Assembly: GCF_029238095.1 (NCBI RefSeq)
Contig: NZ_JAQWGS010000021.1
Span: forward strand, 6,068-70,067
Direction: 5' to 3'
DNA from: Lacinutrix sp.
Lineage (GTDB): Bacteria > Bacteroidota > Bacteroidia > Flavobacteriales > Flavobacteriaceae
Length of the DNA stretch: 64,000 nt
The notes beneath the pieces were generated by a model, which made no database searches, was not told the DNA's origin, and saw only the letters and a list, made by a program, of their open reading frames with translations. This document shows, piece after piece, positions 38,569 to 49,400 of this stretch; positions within the stretch are counted from its first letter, which is position 1, and each line of letters opens with the position of its first letter. The position numbers and the translations under genes are program-made.

Positions 38569-39837
38569 TTATTGTTTTAATGGTGGTACTGCAACTCGTT
38601 TTAATAGTTGGTTTTTATTACCATTATAGGTTTTTGTAATTGGTTTTCCATCGCGGGTTAAGCCTTCAAATTTTCCTTGATCTACCAAATCCCAAATAGC
38701 ATATTTGGCTTCGCTTTTAAGGTTAATTAATCCAAAATGATTTTCTGAACCTTGTGGGTTTTGAGCATCTTTCCATTGTTCATCAAAAGCTTCAAAATAA
38801 AAACACGAAATACCAGCGCTATTGGTCCAGTTTCTAATTAATTCATAATATCTACCGGATTTATATTCATCTGTAGCTTTAGAGCCATTTTCTCCATAAA
38901 AACCATTTGAAACTGTTGCCCAACCCGTTTCTCCAATATGTAAGGTTTTGCTACTATCTATACTTTCTACATATTTTTTTACTGCACGATATTGATTTTT
39001 TGCAAATTTATAAGCACGTTGCATTGCAGCTTCAATTTGGTCTTCTTCAGAAAGGTTTTTTTCGTAATTAGGGATTAACCAAAATTGCGGATTGTAATGT
39101 GTATTATGCATAGGGTATGTATGCATTGACACATAATCTACAGCTTTAATTAATTTTTCTAAATCTTCTGTACGGTAACTTAAGTCGCCACCACCCCAAG
39201 AAGAAAAATCATCTGAACTGGTAATCCATAGTTCTTTTGGTAAATCGCCTTTATTTTTAAGTGCTTGTAAATGCGTAACCCATTTTAAAATTACGTTTGG
39301 ACGCACAAAATAGCTGGTTGCCCAGCGTACCATAGCTTCATTACCAACTGCAATAATTTTAACAATTTCTGGATATTGTTTGGCCAGTGCTACCGCTCTA
39401 TCTACCTCACCTGCGTTTGCTTCGCTTTCAATGTCGTGGTTTGGCTCTTGGACTGTCCATGCATCTTTGCAGTCTATCCAAACGCCAAGCATGACGTACA
39501 TCTCGAAATTAGAATCTTCTTTTTTTAACTCTGTTATAGCCTTTAGAATATTTGGCGCTTGTGCTAATTGTAAATTATAAGTTCTTAAAAGCTTAATACC
39601 CATAGCAGCCAAAAGCTTCATATCGTCTTTTAGCTCTGAGATAGTAGGTTGTACGTCTCTTGTTTTTTGGCGATAGCCACCATAAGAAATTGCTAAATAT
39701 TCTGGGTTACCTAATATGTCTTTAGCAGATACCATGTTTTGTTTTGGTTGTGTGGCATTATTTTCTTTAGTATTAGTATTACAAGACCATAGCATTGAAG
39801 CCAAAAATAGACTTATGATGATGATTTTGTTTTTCAT
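38569..39837 (-). CDS. Glycoside hydrolase family 17 lipoprotein (endo-beta-1,3-glucanase-like)
   Basis: Lipobox LWSC; LRTY, IAVGNEAM, HIGETGWAT, FEAFDEQWK, SENHFGL. Confidence 0.88.
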   Translation of the reverse strand: MKNKIIIISLFLASMLWSCNTNTKENNATQPKQNMVSAKDILGNPEYLAISYGGYRQKTRDVQPTISELKDDMKLLAAMGIKLLRTYNLQLAQAPNILKAITELKKEDSNFEMYVMLGVWIDCKDAWTVQEPNHDIESEANAGEVDRAVALAKQYPEIVKIIAVGNEAMVRWATSYFVRPNVILKWVTHLQALKNKGDLPKELWITSSDDFSSWGGGDLSYRTEDLEKLIKAVDYVSMHTYPMHNTHYNPQFWLIPNYEKNLSEEDQIEAAMQRAYKFAKNQYRAVKKYVESIDSSKTLHIGETGWATVSNGFYGENGSKATDEYKSGRYYELIRNWTNSAGISCFYFEAFDEQWKDAQNPQGSENHFGLINLKSEAKYAIWDLVDQGKFEGLTRDGKPITKTYNGNKNQLLKRVAVPPLKQ

Positions 39838-39853
39838 TCTGAATTTCTAAAAA

Positions 39854-42800
39854 TTATTTAAGTATTTCAGGCTTTATAGTGACGTTAATTTGAAGGACTT
39901 CGTCTGTACGTTCAAATAATTTTGTGCTAGTTTCTAAATCTAAACTTAAATCATTTAGGGTTGTTTTACTACCATCATTTAATGTAACAACACAACTATT
40001 GTCTACACCTATTTTGTAAATAACAGGCACTTGGCAATAGGTAAAGCACAATTCGTCTTTATTTAATTTTATTTCCTTTTTTTCTGAATTTACTGTTGTA
40101 TAATCAAATGTTTTTGGGTGACTTAAAAATTCATTTTTTCGAAGTAAACATGGGTGAAATTGCAACTTTCCTTTTCTAACAAACACACCAAGTTCTCCAA
40201 ATCTGCTTAAGATATCTTCTTTAACTTGCCCTGTCATACCAGGTTGCTGCGCACCTTTACCTGCTGGTGTGTGGGAATATGGATCTGTTGGAAACGCACC
40301 ATATAATTTTGGTGTTTTATGTAACCCTATCCCTGCATTAATTTCGTAATAATGTTCTAAAAGACGACCAATAACCTCATCACTTTCATTATCATTCACA
40401 GCTTTTAAACAACACTCTTGTACTGCTAAAAGTAATTTAGATACCATATGCCAGTATATAGATCCCAAACCTTCATAACCATAAAATGTACCAGATCTTC
40501 CTGTAAATTCTTTATGGTTAAAAACGTCTTCAAAAATATCTAAAACTTGTTTTTTATCTGTTTCAGAAGTTTCAACGGTTTCTAATGCCGCTTCTAAATC
40601 ATTTGCATTTTTAAAGTTACCATTAAAATGAAAGATTCCGTTTACAGCCTTTTTAATAATAGTAGTATCTCCAGCCTTTACTAATGTTTGTAATAAACTA
40701 GAGTTTGAAACCGCTTCTGTAGGTATTGTATTTCGCTGCAAAAACCCTTTTAATTCTTTATATGGATATAAAATATAACTGTATTGGTCTGGTCTAAAAA
40801 GTTTACTTGCTTTTAGTGCATCTAAAACTTCCAGCGCTTGTTTAGAAGTGATATAACCAGAGCTTAAAACCGCAACTTGCCCTTCTAACATTTCGTTGAG
40901 ATACGAAATTGAAATGTCCGAATTATCCTCTACAGTCATTAAATTATAAGCATGGTATAATTTATCTTCACGTTGGTTAGCCTCTATAGCGTGTTCCAGG
41001 TATTGAAGACTTAGGGTAACAAAGCTTTTAATTTCACTTATACTAAGTGTATCTTTTCTACCAGAAAAGGGGTTATTGTAAATTTGATTTCTGTATGCAC
41101 TTGCTGCTAAACCTAAACCATCTAATATTGCACGACGCTCAGTATCATTTATTTTACCATTTAATACACTTTTGTGTGCCTTAAATGTTGTGCTTATAGC
41201 ATTGAAAAACTCTAAGAGTTCTTTTGAAATTTCTACATTTTCAGTATTTGTATTTTCAAAAATAGTATCAAAAAACTTTAAGAAACGTCTGAGGTAATAA
41301 AGTGTTACCATTGACACACCGTTACCAACAAGTGCATTGTTAGCATCGTTCCATTCTGGACGTTGGGTATTCATCCAAATACCACCTTCTGGAATAAAGT
41401 TAGAAAGTTTTGCTAGTGTTGTGGCTAAGATTTTTTCAATGAAATTAACTTTAATGATAAATCTGTTTTCATCTCTTAGAAGTGCGCCATCTACACCAAG
41501 TTCTTTACGCTCTTTTCGAATTTTTTCGTCTAAAGCCTCGTCAAACTCAATAGTATCTTTTGGGTTTTTGATTAAATCTTTGTGGCTTTTTATTTTGTAC
41601 GGAACATTAGCGTACACAAAAAGATCTTGATTAAAAAAGGTTTCTAATTTTCCAGGTTTATGTTTTTCTAAAAACTCTAAAAACTTAAGTAAATATATAA
41701 TTTGGTGGTCTCCCCAATACCCAATGTAAGACCACGGATCGTCTGGTTCTATAGTTTCCCAGTCGAAACCGCCTTTGGTAACGCGGTATGGGTTGTAGCC
41801 ATCAAAAGTTGTTGCGTTTAAAAACTTATGAATCATACTTTCAATAAACTCTGGGTAAGCGTGTGCTAATGCTTCCCAATTTTGAAAGATATCGCGCCAG
41901 TTGCCCTCGTAATCTAAAATTTTTGAGCCATCAATTTCACTACGTGTGTTTATTGAAAACTTATTCCATGGCCTGCTTGGATCACCATGACGACGGCTAA
42001 ATTTTAGCGGCATATACTCTAAACATAGTCGTTTAAAATTTTTGTTATCGCTGTTTTTAGCTAGTTCTTTTAACTTAGATAACGAAAATAACTCTGGCAG
42101 GTTATTAATAGTTTCTTCAGTAGTTCTTGCTACTTTTTTATTTGCATTTAGAAGGTAATTTTTAAAATCCCATTTTTCTATTTGATAATTCTTATCAAAA
42201 ATACCACCACGCATTATGTTGAATAATGTGTTTGAAAAATGTCTGGCATCTCTAAACTTATCATCTGTAAGTTGTAAGCCGTCTGACCCTGCATTTAATT
42301 CAATAAGGCGTTTTGTGCCTAGGTTTATACTATCTTGAATTTTACTAACTAAATTTTCGTTGTTTGTAATACTTTCAGACAGTTCAGCAATGGCTGCATG
42401 GTCTAAATTTACATCAGCAACAATATGCCAATTTTTAGTTTCAGAAGGATTTAAGCTAATGGTACCGCAAATAAAGTAAGCCCCTTTCTCAGCTTTTACA
42501 TCTTCTTCTTGGGTTATGTTATTACCGTTACGAAAATTTTTAAGCTGTAAAGACGATAATAAGTACTTAGGATTTTCTAAACCCACAGACCAAACCACAT
42601 TTGCTTTTAAAGCCTCACTAGGTTCTGCTTTATCAACAATTATGGCACTTAGAGCAAAGATACCCATACCGGTTTCAGCATCTAATTCGTTACGTTTGTA
42701 GGCGTCTACAAGGTTACTGCAAGCGTTTTGTAAATCACTTCCAACACCATAAGGTAATATGTTTTGAATACCATCTAACAAATTAATATTCTGAGTTGTG

Positions 42801-43270
42801 TTGGAGGTATTTATTAGTGTTGCTGTTTTAACAAATCCAAAACGGTCACTGGAATTCCATTGGTATCTAAATGTTAACCCAAGATCGTTATTAATTTCCT
42901 CAAAAATTACTTTATTTCCGTAGCTGTTTTTGTAAAGGTTTCTTTTAATACTGTACAACCCATCAAAACGTTGCGAAAATGGTTCCCAAAGTTGTGTTTT
43001 ACCATTAGCGGTCACTTGAAAAATAGATTTACTTCCTGTAATTTCCGCAGACTCAGTAATTTTATCGTCAGTGTAATATGGAAAAAGTGCGTATTCAGAA
43101 TTTTTTCGTCCTGCGGTTAATCCACCATTACTTGAAATAAACATCCAGTGGTTGGAATCGCTAATTATACTCATAAAAAATGGACGCATTTCATTACTAT
43201 CAGAAATTTTGAAATACGCTTCGTTATCTATGTGTACTTGTTCTAAGTATTTATGTTCTGGTTGAGACAC
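39854..43270 (-). CDS. Beta-1,3-glucan phosphorylase, GH149-like (GTG start)
   Basis: ~1140 aa cytoplasmic; FSRRHGDPSRPWNKF, YEGNWRDIFQNWEAL, QRPEWNDANNALVG, YEGLGSIYWHMVSKL, GAQQPGMTGQVKED; GH17/GH16/GH30 context. Confidence 0.88.
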   Translation of the reverse strand: MSQPEHKYLEQVHIDNEAYFKISDSNEMRPFFMSIISDSNHWMFISSNGGLTAGRKNSEYALFPYYTDDKITESAEITGSKSIFQVTANGKTQLWEPFSQRFDGLYSIKRNLYKNSYGNKVIFEEINNDLGLTFRYQWNSSDRFGFVKTATLINTSNTTQNINLLDGIQNILPYGVGSDLQNACSNLVDAYKRNELDAETGMGIFALSAIIVDKAEPSEALKANVVWSVGLENPKYLLSSLQLKNFRNGNNITQEEDVKAEKGAYFICGTISLNPSETKNWHIVADVNLDHAAIAELSESITNNENLVSKIQDSINLGTKRLIELNAGSDGLQLTDDKFRDARHFSNTLFNIMRGGIFDKNYQIEKWDFKNYLLNANKKVARTTEETINNLPELFSLSKLKELAKNSDNKNFKRLCLEYMPLKFSRRHGDPSRPWNKFSINTRSEIDGSKILDYEGNWRDIFQNWEALAHAYPEFIESMIHKFLNATTFDGYNPYRVTKGGFDWETIEPDDPWSYIGYWGDHQIIYLLKFLEFLEKHKPGKLETFFNQDLFVYANVPYKIKSHKDLIKNPKDTIEFDEALDEKIRKERKELGVDGALLRDENRFIIKVNFIEKILATTLAKLSNFIPEGGIWMNTQRPEWNDANNALVGNGVSMVTLYYLRRFLKFFDTIFENTNTENVEISKELLEFFNAISTTFKAHKSVLNGKINDTERRAILDGLGLAASAYRNQIYNNPFSGRKDTLSISEIKSFVTLSLQYLEHAIEANQREDKLYHAYNLMTVEDNSDISISYLNEMLEGQVAVLSSGYITSKQALEVLDALKASKLFRPDQYSYILYPYKELKGFLQRNTIPTEAVSNSSLLQTLVKAGDTTIIKKAVNGIFHFNGNFKNANDLEAALETVETSETDKKQVLDIFEDVFNHKEFTGRSGTFYGYEGLGSIYWHMVSKLLLAVQECCLKAVNDNESDEVIGRLLEHYYEINAGIGLHKTPKLYGAFPTDPYSHTPAGKGAQQPGMTGQVKEDILSRFGELGVFVRKGKLQFHPCLLRKNEFLSHPKTFDYTTVNSEKKEIKLNKDELCFTYCQVPVIYKIGVDNSCVVTLNDGSKTTLNDLSLDLETSTKLFERTDEVLQINVTIKPEILK

Positions 43271-43333
43271 TATATTTTAAAAGGCTTGGTATGGGTTGTT
43301 ATTTTAATTTAATATTGAAATCTATGACAACTA

Positions 43334-44176
43334 TTATTCTTGAATAAGGCCGTCAAAGTAATAAACGTCTCCATCACATGGAGCATTTCTTTCAAAATAG
43401 ATAATAATACTCTTATAAGTTCCAGTAGTTACAGCTGAAAAATCAAAAGTAAGCTCTTGCCAATCGCCTAATTGCGTAATACTAGCAATACGCTCTTGAG
43501 ATGGTTCTGTTGCAGGAAATGGCAAACGCTCTAAACGCAGTGTAACATTTGTTAGTTGTGTTTCTGCTAACACTTTCATTTTAAAAATTTTATTAGTTGC
43601 TGCATTTTCAAAGTCTAATGCTGTTTCAATTTCTACTCCAACACCAGACCACGTTTGGCAACCGTTAAATTTTTCGTATTTAAATACATTACAACTTGTA
43701 TTCACCCCGTTTGCAGTTGGATTTGGCACAATGCCGCCACCGATATCTCCAAAGGCATCAAAATTGGCACTACCATCTGTAGATAAAAAGGTCCAATTTA
43801 AATCGCCTTTTGCAGGGTCAATATTTTCATCACATTCTACAGCACACGGCAAATCTATTACTACAGTGCTTTGAAAAGTATCTGACGCACCAGATCCATC
43901 ATAAGCTGTAAGCGTAATATTGTAAGACCCGTTATTGCAATATGTTTTTTCTTCGTTTATAGACGTTGACTGTGTACCATCACCAAAATCCCATAAATAG
44001 CTGGTAGCATTGTTAGACACGTTTATATATTTTACAACGTTAAGGTTTGAATCTGTTATAAACTTAGCCTCTAAACCAATTATGTCTATACCGCTTTCAT
44101 TATCTTCACAAGAGGTTACTCCAAGTAGTAAAATAATGACGTAAAGCAGATTTATTTTATTTTTAAATAATTTCAT
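43334..44176 (-). CDS. PKD-domain surface lipoprotein with CBM-like C-terminal domain (candidate glucan-binding protein)
   Basis: Lipobox VTSC; SYLWDFGDG PKD motif; C-terminal WQELTFDFS...YYFDGL. Confidence 0.8.
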   Translation of the reverse strand: MKLFKNKINLLYVIILLLGVTSCEDNESGIDIIGLEAKFITDSNLNVVKYINVSNNATSYLWDFGDGTQSTSINEEKTYCNNGSYNITLTAYDGSGASDTFQSTVVIDLPCAVECDENIDPAKGDLNWTFLSTDGSANFDAFGDIGGGIVPNPTANGVNTSCNVFKYEKFNGCQTWSGVGVEIETALDFENAATNKIFKMKVLAETQLTNVTLRLERLPFPATEPSQERIASITQLGDWQELTFDFSAVTTGTYKSIIIYFERNAPCDGDVYYFDGLIQE

Positions 44177-44190
44177 AGTTTCATTTTTAT

Positions 44191-45024
44191 TTAATTATAT
44201 ACTCTCACATAGTCAACTAACATCCTTTGCGGAAATAAAGTATCTGCATTTGGTGGCCCAGGAAGGTTACCGCCAACTGCTAAATTAAGAATCATGTAAA
44301 ACTCACGGTTGTCAAAAACCCATTCGCCATTTCCATTAGTTTCAGCTTCTACATTTTCTGGTTTTAGGGTGTGGTATAGTTTATCATCTACATAAAAATT
44401 AATTTGAGAAGGTGACCATTCCATACCAAAAACATGAAATCCGTTATCGAAACGGTCGTTTTCTAAAACATAACTTTTAGAAATTGACTCGCCACCAGAA
44501 TATCCTGGGCCATGTATGGTACTAAAAACAGTAGTAGGAGCATTTCCAAGATATTCCATAACATCTATTTCGCCAATTTCTGGCCAAGAGCTGCCATCGC
44601 TATCCTCACCAAGCAACCAAAATGCTGGCCATAAACCTTGACCTGTTGGTACCTTAATGCGTGCTTCAAAACGGCCATATTGCTGCTGAAATAAATTTTT
44701 GGTAATTAATCTTGCAGAGGTATAATTTGAACCATTAAAGGATTCAGATCTGGCTGTAATTACTAAAAGACCATTTTCTACTTTTACGTTTTCTTCTCGG
44801 TTTGTGTAATACTGTAATTCATTATTTCCCCAACCTGGAATGCCTTGTGCTGTGCCATCGCCAATTTCAAAAGCCCATTTGGTTGGGTCTGGCGCGCCAT
44901 TGGTATCAAAATTATCTTCCCAAACAAGATTGGTTAAGGTTGCTACTTCTTGAGTTTCGTCCAAATTACAGGCCATAAGGCATAGACCAAAAATAATAAG
45001 TGGTATTATTTTTATATGTTTCAT
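44191..45024 (-). CDS. Glycoside hydrolase family 16 laminarinase lipoprotein
   Basis: WGNNELQYYT, YTSARL, GLWPAFW, GEIDVME catalytic motif, NLAVGG, VDYVRVY; lipobox LMAC. Confidence 0.95.
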   Translation of the reverse strand: MKHIKIIPLIIFGLCLMACNLDETQEVATLTNLVWEDNFDTNGAPDPTKWAFEIGDGTAQGIPGWGNNELQYYTNREENVKVENGLLVITARSESFNGSNYTSARLITKNLFQQQYGRFEARIKVPTGQGLWPAFWLLGEDSDGSSWPEIGEIDVMEYLGNAPTTVFSTIHGPGYSGGESISKSYVLENDRFDNGFHVFGMEWSPSQINFYVDDKLYHTLKPENVEAETNGNGEWVFDNREFYMILNLAVGGNLPGPPNADTLFPQRMLVDYVRVYN

Positions 45025-45041
45025 GTTATTTTTTAATTAAA

Positions 45042-46460
45042 TTAATTTTGATAGAAATAAATATTATCTAAGTAAAAATTCTCTATAGATGATGTTGTTG
45101 GATTATTGATGTTTTCATAAATAATTTGTCCAATATTATTTCTATTAGCAATAGTTATAGGGATCTCTAAAGTAGCCCAAGTATTGGCTTGAAAATCATT
45201 AGCATAAAAGAATGCCTGTTGTATAGTATCATCTCCGCCACCATCTGCTTGGTCTGCACCAAAATCTTTTATTGTGATTAAAAAGTCTAAATCTGCAGGA
45301 ATGTCGGCAGGTATAAACATATTAACGTGTAAATTAGATTGTACTGTAGCATCTACAGTAGGGCTAGAAAACTGATGACCAACAAAATTAAAATTTGTAT
45401 AGCTTAAAATATTATCCCCGTTTACAGCAAAATCTGCGGAAAGTGTTGTTTGAAAAGGCTCCCAATAGCCATTAAAGAAATCTACAAGAATACTTGTATA
45501 GTGGTCACTAAAAATAGAGGTTACATTATTTGGATCTCTTGTTGGTGTTGGTGCAAATTCAAAACTACCAACAGAATTAATAGTTACAGAACCCTCCGCA
45601 TCCATATTATTTAAGGTTGCTGTAATTACTGTTGTTCCGTTAGTAAGAATTGTAACTTCGCCAGCTGCGTTTACAGAGGCAACACTTGGGTCTGAAGATG
45701 AAAAGGTATAATAGCCTGGCGCAACTTGTACGGTTTGATTATTGCCATTAGCTAAATTAAAAGTTTCTGTAAAGCCATTTATAATTACTGAAGCTCCAGC
45801 AAATGTATCTACAACAATATCATTACCGTTTGCAATAGCAGGTCTAGGTTGTGCAATAGTTCCTAGTTTTTCAAACTTAATTTCGTCTAACCATATTGTA
45901 TAACCAAAACCTCCTGTGCTTTGAGTACCTGCAGAATATCTAAACATGCCTCTTTCTTCTGTTAATTTAGAAGCATCTGGAATTGGAATAATATACTTTT
46001 CCCAACCCGTTCCTATACTTAAATTTGTAATAGACGTAACGTAGTTGTTTTCTAAAAAATCTTCACCAAAACCAATTTGATCTAAGGTTATTCCTTGAGA
46101 AGCTTTTGCATAAAATGTTAAGGCATCAAAACCAGATAAATCTCGCCCAGCGCCATCTACTCTAAAAATAGCACCTGCATAATTTCCGTTTACATTATCA
46201 GCATTTGGGACATTAATTTCTATTGAGGCATTACCTTGATAAGTATCTGTACCTTGAAAATTAATGACTTCGAAATTTGAATTCCCGTAAGGAAAATAAA
46301 AATCCTCGCCTAAACTAACCGGTGTATCATTAAAAATATCACCTGTTGTAGAAAACCCTGCTAAAGGGGCATTGTCATCTAATTCTCTTTCACAGCCTAG
46401 TGCTACAAATAATAGCGTAAGCAGTGCCATTTTGAATGTTTTAAATTTTATAGTTTTCAT
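45042..46460 (-). CDS. Surface lipoprotein with two CBM-like domains and a central Ig-like (Big_2) domain
   Basis: Lipobox ALGC; RDLSGFDALTFYAKA CBM-like; SSSDPSVASVNAAGEVT Big_2; APTPTRD...SIFSDHY third domain. Confidence 0.78.
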   Translation of the reverse strand: MKTIKFKTFKMALLTLLFVALGCERELDDNAPLAGFSTTGDIFNDTPVSLGEDFYFPYGNSNFEVINFQGTDTYQGNASIEINVPNADNVNGNYAGAIFRVDGAGRDLSGFDALTFYAKASQGITLDQIGFGEDFLENNYVTSITNLSIGTGWEKYIIPIPDASKLTEERGMFRYSAGTQSTGGFGYTIWLDEIKFEKLGTIAQPRPAIANGNDIVVDTFAGASVIINGFTETFNLANGNNQTVQVAPGYYTFSSSDPSVASVNAAGEVTILTNGTTVITATLNNMDAEGSVTINSVGSFEFAPTPTRDPNNVTSIFSDHYTSILVDFFNGYWEPFQTTLSADFAVNGDNILSYTNFNFVGHQFSSPTVDATVQSNLHVNMFIPADIPADLDFLITIKDFGADQADGGGDDTIQQAFFYANDFQANTWATLEIPITIANRNNIGQIIYENINNPTTSSIENFYLDNIYFYQN

Positions 46461-46472
46461 AATTACAATTTT

Positions 46473-49400
46473 TTATTTTCCAATATTTATATGAACATAA
46501 GTTCTAATTTCCCATTCTGATCCGTCAGGAAAGCCTGTTGGACTTAATACTGGTATTGCAGGAAATGTATTTGCTGGTACTGATGTTGGAGAATATCTTG
46601 GCGAAAAATCGTTTAAAGATCTCCATGTCCCTCTAATACCAATTTTTGTGCTTGGTAGTATAAACCAATCTGGTTTTCCAACGCTTGTAGATAAATCTAA
46701 CATTAATTGTAGTGGGAATGTTAGGTTAAAATCTCTGTGATAATCAAATGGACCCCAATCGTTAACTTTTACATGAGCTTGTAACATATTCTTTCTATAA
46801 ATAGCTCTTACATCTCCACCAAAACGTGTAATTGTTCTGTCTGAGTCTCCATTACCTTGACCATTTCCATAGTAGAAATTACCAATAAGACCTAAATCTG
46901 GATTTAACTTAGACACCACTCTAGAGTGCACTTCCCATAAGTCTTCTGCTGGTGCAGAATTAGGAAACGCAAAAAACTGTCTGTTTGCTAAGAAACCAAT
47001 ATGCGCATCCATAGTTGTTGGTAAACGGCGGTACACAAAACCTAAATTCATAGCCAATTTTGCATCTTCTGCTCTATCGTTATCCCACTCATACATCCAT
47101 GTACCGGGTGTTGGATCAAAAGTTACAAGCATTTCGTAACCGTACATTTCACGGTTACCGTTACGTACTGCAAACGGATCGTCAATTACATTACGTAATC
47201 TTGCTGCCCCACCAAAGTTATTAGGAATTGCTGCTAAAAGTGGTTCTTGATACATAAAGTTTGGTGCTACTTGAATATTACCAAATGAATATGTAAACCC
47301 AGTTAATGCATTTACCATATTACCACTACCACTGTCTTTTAATCTCCAACCTGTGTACGTTTGTGTTTGGTCTGCACCACCACCAGCAACTAAGCCCATG
47401 TAAGACGCTTGTCCGTACCAGTTAAAACGCCCGTTTTGATAGGTAAATTTTGCTTTACCACCCCAATTATCACTACTTGTAATTTTATCTTCTACAACAT
47501 CTTGATTGTCATTAATACCTTGGAAAACACTGCCGTTTAAAGGACTTCCTCCCCATATACCACCTAGTGTTAATCCAAAATTACCAAACTTACGTTCTAA
47601 AGCAATTGTAGCACGTTCAGTTGGCCATGCAGGGATAATACCTGTTCTTACTTGGTTTTCATTTAAAACACGCTGACCTGTTTCATCAAAATTTAAACCT
47701 GTATCTAAATCTCTGTGGTAAATACCAGCAACATCCCATTTACCAAATGTGCGTTGGTATTTTAATAGTGCTGTTGGGTTTGCTCCCCACCATAATTGTG
47801 GACCAAAGGCTGCTTTTAAGCCTTTAAGCACTCCTTTACCATCTATTTCTGCACCAAAAATTTCACCATTATATAAATCTAAATTTGGGCCGTAATTAGC
47901 TTCTGGATAAAGGTTGAAAAAATCACCTTCGTAACCCCAATGGTAATGCCCTGTTCTGTAAAACCCTCTTAGGTCAAAATCTTTTGCATTCCACTCAAAT
48001 TCTGCTTGGTACACTCTCAGTCTATTAACATCTGTCATTACAACCTCTGTATTAGTAACGCCATCTGTACTTATAACGGTAACAGGTCTGCCAACGTTTT
48101 CGTAAAATATTTCGTCTATTGGATTACTTGCAACGTTTCCTAGTACGTTAAAATTAACTTGAGCTCTCATATTAGATGCTGGTTTACCTTCAATACCAAC
48201 AAAATAAGACTGCATATGATCAAACCCAAGTTGATTTGGAAAATTGTTTGCATCCGGATCTGGTGTATCTGGTGTAGTTATTAAACTGCCACCAGTATTA
48301 AATGTTGTAAAACGTGCAGAAAGTTGACTTATTCTTAATTTTTCAGAATCTCCTCCACCTAATGCAGCTTTATCTCCACGAGCTCTTAATACCGCATCCA
48401 TTAAATTAATATTCTTGAAGTAATTTTCAACAAAGTCTGCAGTTACACCATCGTCATAAGGATTTAAGTTATGTGCTTCTTTAAGTGAATAATATGCTGC
48501 TCTTGGATAAAGTGTATATAAACCACGCTCGTTATTTGGGCCTTTTGCGCAAATACCAAACCATTCTTCATTCATATTATTATCACCTGGTTTACCAATA
48601 TCGTGTGGATAACCACCATTAGACCAAGATGCATTAGTATCATGTATATCTAAATTTTTTGTTTGTCCGAATTTCCACCAACCATCACTAAATTGAAATG
48701 TAAAACCACCTATAGCGTTACCTGCCTTTCCTAAACCTGACGCATTTTGATAAATTTCTTTCCAATTTCCAACCATATAATACGCTTGGGCTTTTTGATC
48801 TTCGTCATTTGTTACTGCATTAAAAGCATCTGCTCCAAACTCGGTAAACAGAATTGGTTTATTTAATTTGTCTTTAACCACCTGAAATGCGTTGCCAAAA
48901 GAGACACCACGATACATGTTTGTACCATAGATATCTACATCTTTACACTCTTCTGCAATAATATCAATGAATAAAACATCGCCATTACATATAGCAATTG
49001 GAATGGAAGAATTAATAGACTTCATTTTAACCGCTGCATCATTCATAAGTTTATACATTGGTCTCCCACGTTTTTCACCTACTTCTCTTCTTTGATCTTC
49101 TTCATCTGGAAAGTCTTCGGTTTCAGATCCTGCCCAGAACAAACCGTAGTTGTTTTCGTTACCTAATAAAAACATTAAAAGACCTGGCGTGTTTTTATAG
49201 TCCTCTGCTAGTTTTGTTATTTCAGACATTAGCAATTTCTTGGTTTTACCATCTCTGTAATCAGTTACTGGAACCCAAGTTCCCTCAATAGTAAGACCGT
49301 AGCGCCCAAATGAATGATTAAGCATTGTATATATACCATAATTCTCATAAATGTAAGTTATCCATTTAGGTTGTATGCCAGTATATTGTCTTATTGCATT

